DNA from: a virus
Direction: 5' to 3' (one strand)
DNA: 44,415 nucleotides
Virus record (IMG/VR): IMGVR_UViG_3300037420_000784
Span: 1-44,415 of that record
Below are positions 38,295-44,415 of this stretch, piece by piece. Within the stretch, counting starts at the first letter, position 1; every line of letters begins with the position of its first letter. The position numbers and the translations under genes are program-made. The notes beneath the pieces were generated by a model, which was not told the DNA's origin, searched no databases, and worked only from the letters and a program-made list of their open reading frames with translations.

Positions 38295-40216
38295 GTGACA
38301 ATTTCCGCCGTCTCAAAGGTGGTGTCGATGCGGATCAACTCGGCATCGATCGGCGCAATTGCGCCACTGGTGATCTGGAGCGAAACCGAGCATGCGTATC
38401 CAAGGCCGGAGACCGAGCGCCAATTCTCCGAGATAACCTGGGGTGTTTCAGCACCCCAAATGGACTCACCCCAGACGCCCGCGCCCCAGATGCTTTGTGC
38501 CCCGCCTACGACGGTCGAACTGGGGGGCGCCGGGAGGCTGAGATTGAAATCGCTATGCCATTGCAGCTGGTCATTAACTGGCGTGGTTGCTCTGACCACC
38601 GCCCGGGCGAGCTTGCCGATCTTGGCTGAAGCAGGCGTTCCGAAATCCTCGAACAGCGGCATCACCGCTCCAGTGTAGGGAGCGCCGTCGTCCTGCCCGG
38701 AAGCGTTGGCGATGAACACCTTGCCGTCCGGAGATCCGAAGTAAAGCCGCCCCTCATAGACCTCGAAGCACAGCGCCTGCCAGCCGGTGAACCGCGCCCA
38801 TGCTCCCGTCTCCGTATTGGTGATGAAGATCACCGGGACCGGGAAGGAATCAGGCGTCGGCGGTGCGAAGGCTGCGATCTTGAGTTCCGGCCAGACTTCA
38901 CCTTGCCAGCCATCCAGCCCGCGCAGCTGCACCGCATCCGACCACGCATCCGCTATATTGTACGAGACAGTGGCGACGTTCAGCGACGTGATATCGAGGG
39001 AAATGGCCTTGGACAGGGGAACGAGTCCTACACTGGTAGCAACGGCGATGTCACCGCCACCACGGATGAAGCCGCGGTTCCCCAACGGCTTGCCGATGCG
39101 GTAGACACCTACCTTCGACCATGTATCCGCCTCGCCAGGATAAATGCCCTGATAGACGGCAACCTCGCCCTCTGTTGAAACGAAGATGTTCTGCTCGGAC
39201 ATGCCGCCTTCAAGGCTACCTTCAAGCGACCAAGTCTGCCCGAACAGCAAGGATCCGCCGCGACCGAATACCCCGGACAGTGGGAAAATGACGGCGCCCC
39301 CGCCGATCGCGTCGACATTTTCCAGGTACCACGCATTCATGCTGTCCTTCTGCGCGAACCAGAGCCTGTTCTTGTAGACCCACACATAGGACATGTCGGC
39401 AGTGGTCAGGCCGCCCGTGAAGGTGATACCGGGAGCCGCGACGACATCCGCCCCGTTGGCAGTCGCGTCGCCGGTCGCATCGTCGGTGATCGTCTCATTG
39501 TCCTGAAACGGTCCCCCAGTCAGATCGGTCAGCCAAAGCACACCAACCCCGCCGGCATCTGGGATCACGCGGTTGATCGTGGCGGTAGCCCCTGAAGTTC
39601 CCCCCGTGAGAGTCGCGCCTTCGGTGAAATCATCAACCAAAGCGTCATAAGCCAGCGTATAGACCCCGCCCGGCACAGATGGGTAGAAGGTCGTGCCGTC
39701 ATAGAGAAAGCCGGTGTCCTCGCCATTGACGCCCACCAGATATACTCCTCCTGTCGTCGCGAACTGGACAACGATCCAATTGCCGCCAGTGAAGCCTCCC
39801 ATTACATCGCTGAACTCGGTTGAACTCCACCCGAACCAGTTGCCGTTCTCATCCCCCAACAGGTCGCCGTCCTCGTTTACCAGCTCGCCATCATAAGGGA
39901 ACTCGATATTGGTGATGTCGTAGATCGTGGTGGGGGTAGCCCCGAAAAGGTGCTTGTTTGCCCCGTCCTTGTAGGAGAACAGGCTCAGCGCGTCCTGAGC
40001 GCCGTTGCCGAGCGTGCAATACAGCACCTTGCCGCGCCGCAACTGCACACTTGTCGCCCGTGGGATGAAATTGTCCAGCACGGCAGCGCCTTGCGGCTGG
40101 CCAGGCTGACCCGGTACCGCCAGCGAGCGGTTACTGATCCATCCGGCGATCGGCGCCGCGAAGGACTTCAGGTCCGATTTTCTCGGCTTGGGCCGTGTCT
40201 GGCGCCGCGCATACAT
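38291..40216 (-). CDS. tail tube/nozzle protein candidate (T7 gp12-like position)
   Basis: 641 aa and beta-rich. Follows a ~230-aa protein downstream of the capsid genes, as in podoviruses. Confidence 0.45.
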   Translation of the reverse strand: MYARRQTRPKPRKSDLKSFAAPIAGWISNRSLAVPGQPGQPQGAAVLDNFIPRATSVQLRRGKVLYCTLGNGAQDALSLFSYKDGANKHLFGATPTTIYDITNIEFPYDGELVNEDGDLLGDENGNWFGWSSTEFSDVMGGFTGGNWIVVQFATTGGVYLVGVNGEDTGFLYDGTTFYPSVPGGVYTLAYDALVDDFTEGATLTGGTSGATATINRVIPDAGGVGVLWLTDLTGGPFQDNETITDDATGDATANGADVVAAPGITFTGGLTTADMSYVWVYKNRLWFAQKDSMNAWYLENVDAIGGGAVIFPLSGVFGRGGSLLFGQTWSLEGSLEGGMSEQNIFVSTEGEVAVYQGIYPGEADTWSKVGVYRIGKPLGNRGFIRGGGDIAVATSVGLVPLSKAISLDITSLNVATVSYNIADAWSDAVQLRGLDGWQGEVWPELKIAAFAPPTPDSFPVPVIFITNTETGAWARFTGWQALCFEVYEGRLYFGSPDGKVFIANASGQDDGAPYTGAVMPLFEDFGTPASAKIGKLARAVVRATTPVNDQLQWHSDFNLSLPAPPSSTVVGGAQSIWGAGVWGESIWGAETPQVISENWRSVSGLGYACSVSLQITSGAIAPIDAELIRIDTTFETAEIVT

Positions 40217-40220
40217 GCTC

Positions 40221-40913
40221 TTACCCTAGCGCCCAGGGCCACGCGACGCCGACGCCGGGGATCCTGCGGCGCGAATTACTGCGATAGACGCGCGCGCCCT
40301 TGTCGCTTGACCCATATTCGTCGAGCGCCTTGATGAAGGCCTCCTGATCCCCTGAAGCGTCGAGTTTCTTATTCTCCCGCCAGCGCCAGACAAGGCCGAG
40401 AGTGAGTAGTCGTTCGGGCAGCAGGAAGGTGTCGGTGTCGGAGGTAAACGCGGCCTTGAGCTCAAGCGTAGCTGCATCCCGAGCCCAGTTCTTGCTGATA
40501 TACGGATAGGTAGCTGTCTGCGTGGGAGCCGGCGTGAAATGCAGGCCGCTGTTATACATCGCCCACACGCCGGGGAACGGCCCCCAGCCACTGTTTACGA
40601 GATAGATATATTCGTTGAGATCCAAGATGCGGCAATAGCCCCACGCCCATGTGGTGACATCCTGCACCTCTGCCGTCTTCAGCATGCGATCGTAATCATC
40701 GGGGAGCGAAAACTCAGTCGTCGAACCATCCCCGGCGATCGTCGCGAAGTGGGTCAAGCCCTGCCAATCCTGATATTTGGCGATGTCAGCCGCCACCTCG
40801 TTGACGAGGTCTGCAATTTCGGTCTCAAACACATTCGACGAGCCGAAAAAGGTGCCGGGCTTCTGGCCCAACAACCTTATCGTCGCCGACTGCATGGCCG
40901 AGAGAATCGCCAT
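40221..40913 (-). CDS. tail adaptor/tubular protein A candidate
   Basis: 230 aa. The call rests on position (TGATG-coupled) upstream of the large tail protein. Confidence 0.4.
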   Translation of the reverse strand: MAILSAMQSATIRLLGQKPGTFFGSSNVFETEIADLVNEVAADIAKYQDWQGLTHFATIAGDGSTTEFSLPDDYDRMLKTAEVQDVTTWAWGYCRILDLNEYIYLVNSGWGPFPGVWAMYNSGLHFTPAPTQTATYPYISKNWARDAATLELKAAFTSDTDTFLLPERLLTLGLVWRWRENKKLDASGDQEAFIKALDEYGSSDKGARVYRSNSRRRIPGVGVAWPWALG

Positions 40914-41635
40914 CAGGCAGCCTCTAAACTGCTCAACATGGAGACCAAGGTGGCTCGCGATGGATTGCCGCGCGGGCGCGCGCCTGCCAGTTCCTCGATC
41001 TTGTCTTTGATCTGGCCGTCATTCATCGCCGCATAGGCATCGTCCGCGGCCTTCACCGCCGCGTCGATCTCTGCCGGCGTGCTATCCTTCTCAGGAACCA
41101 GTGTTGAGCGGCCTTCCAGCTCGGCGATACGGGCCCGGAGAGATTCCAGCTCGCCGAACGCACCCATATTCGCCATACGCTCGGCCATATAGGCGTTGGC
41201 GGCCTCCTTGAGGCGGTTACCGTTCATACCCAGCGCCTTCAGGCCAGGGCCTTCGAGATGGTGCAGCGCCTCGATGCTGTAGATGCGCAGCGCCCGGCAG
41301 ACGGAGAGCAATTCTGGCGTCACGCCATACTGGCGCAGGGCTTCCAGCGGGGTGCCGCGAGCCTCTTGCGGGTTGCCCTCCTTGAAGGCGCGATACTGTT
41401 CAGCCCAGCGCTCGGCATAGCTGATCACCGTGTTACCCTCGCGGCTCGACATTTCGTGCACCGGGAACACGGGAGAATAGTTCTTGGAGCCCGCAAAGCG
41501 GACTTCAACGACCTCCATCATTTCCATCACCGCATGACCAGCGGTTTCCGATTTCGGGATGTTCTCGATTTCGATGATCTTGAATACCGGAGTGATGGTG
41601 ATTTCGCGGGGGTCGATTTCGACAATGCGGTTCAT
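40913..41635 (-). CDS. hypothetical virion protein (240 aa) with C-terminal coiled coil
   Basis: ATG at 41635 with GGAGG 7 nt upstream. The track ORF extends to 41695 through the terminator hairpin. Confidence 0.5.
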   Translation of the reverse strand: MNRIVEIDPREITITPVFKIIEIENIPKSETAGHAVMEMMEVVEVRFAGSKNYSPVFPVHEMSSREGNTVISYAERWAEQYRAFKEGNPQEARGTPLEALRQYGVTPELLSVCRALRIYSIEALHHLEGPGLKALGMNGNRLKEAANAYMAERMANMGAFGELESLRARIAELEGRSTLVPEKDSTPAEIDAAVKAADDAYAAMNDGQIKDKIEELAGARPRGNPSRATLVSMLSSLEAA

Positions 41636-41664
41636 GGAAAGTCCTCCAAAAGGTGGGAAAGGGT

Positions 41665-41688
41665 GGGCGGGTGCCGAAACCCCCGCCC
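41665..41688 (-). terminator. GC-rich hairpin after capsid/decoration genes (partial terminator candidate)
   Basis: A GGGCGGG/CCCGCCC stem is followed on the minus strand by ACCCTTTCCCACCTTTTGG. Confidence 0.45.
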
Positions 41689-41698
41689 GGCTCATGGA

Positions 41699-42073
41699 TT
41701 AGGGAGCGGTGCCCTTTGCGACCCAGAAGCGGTCGCCAGCAACCAGCGTCCCGCTGTAGAAGCCCGTGTGCGGGGCGTACCAGCCGCCGGCACCCGTCGC
41801 CGCCGTCACGCGCGGGTTGGTACCCGCGGCGTTGACGGTGAGCGCGACCTGCGTGCCAGGCGACGCAGCGACCGTGATGGTGCCCGACGCCTCGACCCAC
41901 ATATATTCGCGGCCATCGTCGCCGGACGCCTTATCGCCGGTCTGGGGGCTCATTACCTGCCCGGCACCGGCAGCTGCACGGCCAGGGCCGTCGTACCAAG
42001 CCTGATCGTCCTTCACGACCTGAGAGAGGTTCGGGCCCAGCGAGGGGTTCATGCGGAAAGGAGAGGTGGTCAT
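41699..42073 (-). CDS. hypothetical protein after capsid gene (decoration candidate, 124 aa)
   Basis: Position immediately downstream of the major capsid gene. Gly/Ala/Thr-rich. Confidence 0.45.
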   Translation of the reverse strand: MTTSPFRMNPSLGPNLSQVVKDDQAWYDGPGRAAAGAGQVMSPQTGDKASGDDGREYMWVEASGTITVAASPGTQVALTVNAAGTNPRVTAATGAGGWYAPHTGFYSGTLVAGDRFWVAKGTAP

Positions 42074-42085
42074 GTCATTTGCTCC

Positions 42086-43099
42086 TTACGAAGTGGTGCG
42101 GATGCGATAGGAGAACAGCGGGTTCTCCAGCACGACCTGGCCGCTCCACACAATGCCCTGCGCGACCGCGTCCTGATTGATCGGACGAAGGCCATTGCCG
42201 GGGTGGAACGGCACGAACGACTGGCCGGGGAACTCGTAGATCGAGAGCCCGTCTGTATCGATGCCGAACACCGTGTTGGCGGGCATGACGTTGCCGATGC
42301 CGCCGGCCGCCATGATGTCCACCGGACCCGCAGGCGTGATGTACGAAAGACCAGAGAAGCCGAGCCTCCCAAGCCGCTCGGACACAATACGCTGGTGCGC
42401 AACGAACGAAGCCGAGATGGGCTCGTAGGCCAGCGCGTCGGCGATCAGCAGGTCAGCATAGCGACCGTTGCGCGAGCGATTGAGCGAGATGCGCTCGATG
42501 ATCGGGCGCACGGTGGTGACATCCCAGGCGGTGTAGCCCGCCACATCGCCGGAGACGATGTTGAAGGTGCTCGTGCGCCAGTTCGCCACGGTGCTGCGGT
42601 CGATGCCGCCATAGATGCCGGTATTCGGGACGATTGGGATCGCGCCACCGAGACCGATCATCTGCCGGCCACCGTCTGCGGTGCCGTCCCCAACCATACC
42701 GACCTCGAAGGTCTCCTTGGCAGCCTTCTCGGCGGAGTCGATATAGAACTCCATGAGGTCGATGATCTCTTCCTCACCCTGGTTGTACATCAGCTCGGTG
42801 CCGTTCAAAGAGAACGGTGCGACCACGCGCGACCAGTTGAACACGGCGCTGTTCAGCAGCTCCTTCGGCGTGATTTCGATCTTGTCGTAACCGGTGAACC
42901 ACTGCGCGGTCAGCTTGTCGAACTGGACCGGGATGCGAAGCTCTGGGCCGCCGGCACGCTTGACCTTGATGCGCCCACGGTCACGAAGGATCGCGGTCAG
43001 CGGGGTCGAGTTGTAGACGATATCCTGCACATTGCGCGATCGGCGCGCCACCGAGGCAGTCAGCAACTGCCCGTAATTGCGGTCAGAAATGATAGACAT
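42086..43099 (-). CDS. major capsid protein
   Basis: 337 aa, directly after the scaffold gene. Strong coding bias and typical size. Confidence 0.8.
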   Translation of the reverse strand: MSIISDRNYGQLLTASVARRSRNVQDIVYNSTPLTAILRDRGRIKVKRAGGPELRIPVQFDKLTAQWFTGYDKIEITPKELLNSAVFNWSRVVAPFSLNGTELMYNQGEEEIIDLMEFYIDSAEKAAKETFEVGMVGDGTADGGRQMIGLGGAIPIVPNTGIYGGIDRSTVANWRTSTFNIVSGDVAGYTAWDVTTVRPIIERISLNRSRNGRYADLLIADALAYEPISASFVAHQRIVSERLGRLGFSGLSYITPAGPVDIMAAGGIGNVMPANTVFGIDTDGLSIYEFPGQSFVPFHPGNGLRPINQDAVAQGIVWSGQVVLENPLFSYRIRTTS

Positions 43100-43114
43100 G
43101 AAGCGATGCTCCTA

Positions 43115-44317
43115 TTACGAGCGCCTCTGTCGACGTAGTTCGTCCTGAAGCAACTCGCGGATTGAACCGCCGCGCTCGGATTCCATGTCGGTAGTGACGG
43201 CACCGGGCGCGGATTTGATGGATTTTTGGCCGACGAGGCTATCCGCAGCTCGGCTTTCAGGAGCAGGCGCTTGCTGGGCTTCGTCTGGAGCGGGTGAGGA
43301 AGGCGGGTGTAGCCGCTCAGCCATCACATATGCCGCTTCAAGACGCTCCGCAGCGCTCAAGCTGGGGGAAATCATAGCAGATTGTAGAATTGCTGCAATT
43401 GGTTCTTGCAATTCGTCAAATCGCGGATGGTCGGCTTTGAATGGAGCGATAACTTCTACCGCGATCAGTCTCGCTTTGGTCTCGGCGAGCTCCTGCTGAG
43501 CCCGTTGGACTTCGGGATCTGGCTGGCGCGGCTGCTCCTGCTGCGCCTGCGCCATGATCTGCTGGTAGCCTTGTGGCCCCTGCTGGACGATATGCTGCGC
43601 AACCTCGTAAAGGGAGATGGCCCCGCCATCGGTCTTGCGGGGCCCGATCTCCTTGAGGATCGCGTCCAGTCCGGCAATGGGGTTGCGGCGCATCAGATTT
43701 TCGACATGATTCATCTGCGCCAGGCTCTCACGAAGATCCCTGCCATTGCTGCGGGCGAGTTCGTCGAAGGGACGGATGCTCTCGTAGCGCTCGGTGTGCG
43801 CCTTGGTGCGGTCCATCGCTTCGGTGTGCTCGCGCACCATGATCTCGATGTCCCGGCGCACCGGACGCGGCACGTTGCGCCACATCTCCTTGCTGTCGGG
43901 CAGGAAGTTCTTCGGCGGCTCGGGATAGTGTTTGTTCTCCCCCGACTTCTCTTCCGCCTTCGCAGCAGCATCGTCGACCTTGCCGGTGTCGTTGGCAGCT
44001 TCATCCTTGGCCTTGGGCACGAACTTGCCATCGGGCGCGCGGTCGGCGACCTTGGGCTTGTCCTCCGCCTTCTCGTCGGCTTTGATTTCGGGCTTCTCGC
44101 CCTTTTGCTCCTTGGCGTCCTTAGGATCGGTCTCAACCTTCTCGCGAGCGTCGCCCTCTTCCTTGACGACCGCGGCGATCGTGTCGCGCAGGCTCGGTTC
44201 CGGCTTGTCCTCGGTCAGTTTTGGCACCCCGCCGCCGCTAGGGCCGGCTTCGGTGTTCGTGTCTATTACCGTGGAAAGCGGCTCAGCCGCCATCGGTTCG
44301 CTCGCAAGCTCAGTCAT
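43115..44317 (-). CDS. scaffolding protein
   Basis: 400 aa with a highly charged Lys/Glu/Asp/Ala-rich N-half and a helical C-half, upstream of the capsid gene. Its start lies inside the terminal repeat. Confidence 0.6.
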   Translation of the reverse strand: MTELASEPMAAEPLSTVIDTNTEAGPSGGGVPKLTEDKPEPSLRDTIAAVVKEEGDAREKVETDPKDAKEQKGEKPEIKADEKAEDKPKVADRAPDGKFVPKAKDEAANDTGKVDDAAAKAEEKSGENKHYPEPPKNFLPDSKEMWRNVPRPVRRDIEIMVREHTEAMDRTKAHTERYESIRPFDELARSNGRDLRESLAQMNHVENLMRRNPIAGLDAILKEIGPRKTDGGAISLYEVAQHIVQQGPQGYQQIMAQAQQEQPRQPDPEVQRAQQELAETKARLIAVEVIAPFKADHPRFDELQEPIAAILQSAMISPSLSAAERLEAAYVMAERLHPPSSPAPDEAQQAPAPESRAADSLVGQKSIKSAPGAVTTDMESERGGSIRELLQDELRRQRRS

Positions 44318-44415
44318 GGCAAAAGTCCCGGTTGTGCCGGCGGCCCCGGCGGAATAGGCGGCACGCGCCCGTTTTTCACGTCCTCGATCGCTGCCTTGAT
44401 GTCCTCCCTCCGCTG
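44289..44415. repeat. Terminal direct repeat copy 2 (identical to 1..127)
   Basis: See copy 1. It contains the scaffold start codon and the 3' end of the zinc-ribbon gene. Confidence 0.95.

Noticed and set aside
41258-43138. 626-aa plus-strand ORF antisense to the capsid region
   Set aside because: Extremely Arg/Gly/Asp/His-rich. It spans several well-supported minus-strand genes and intergenic signals, so it is a high-GC open-frame artefact.
1-44415. Searched by eye for CRISPR arrays, reverse transcriptase/DGR, transposases, rRNA, toxin-antitoxin pairs and known defence-system signatures
   Set aside because: No spaced direct-repeat arrays, no YxDD RT motif, no DDE or serine-recombinase genes and no recognisable defence-gene motifs were seen. 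This absence is based on visual motif recognition only.

Overview
This window is a complete, circularly closed genome of a temperate, visibly G+C-rich tailed phage. The first 127 nt recur exactly at 44289..44415, which looks like an assembly overlap. The unique unit is therefore 44,288 bp, and genes are translationally coupled across the junction. The layout has five parts. (i) A long minus-strand late block carries small and large terminase, portal, scaffold and major capsid. It also carries podovirus-style adaptor/nozzle candidates and internal-virion proteins, one with a peptidase M15 domain. Three different receptor-binding proteins follow (tail-collar fibre, SGNH-esterase tail protein, beta-helix tailspike). 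A full lysis cassette sits between them (GH24 lysozyme, holin candidates, embedded i-/o-spanin pair). (ii) A lambdoid immunity switch has an S24/LexA-type cI on the plus strand and a divergent Cro-like gene on the minus strand. Palindromic TATCCG-N5-CGGATA operators lie on both sides of cI. (iii) A leftward early operon encodes a beta-class DPPY methyltransferase, RusA and a lambda O/P-like replication pair, with iterons inside the O-like gene. (iv) A rightward early operon encodes ERF, a DUF968-like protein, an HNH endonuclease and many unknowns. It ends in xis-int and an attP that carries the 3' ~48 nt of a tRNA-Val(UAC)-like gene, flanked by 22-bp arm repeats. (v) An attP-proximal accessory island holds an RHH regulator, a miniature C5-cytosine methyltransferase and about nine small unknown ORFs. 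The most unusual element is a 582-aa fusion ORF at 23517..25265, just downstream of the tailspike gene. It joins a hexapeptide (XAT/Vat-type) acyltransferase, an ACP-like segment and an LnmK-like double hot-dog domain. I read it as a candidate self-loading, carrier-protein-dependent glycan-acylation (lysogenic conversion) enzyme, possibly acting opposite the virion-borne SGNH esterase. I saw no rRNA, complete tRNA, CRISPR array, transposase or reverse transcriptase. All family assignments come from motif recognition by eye, not from database searches.
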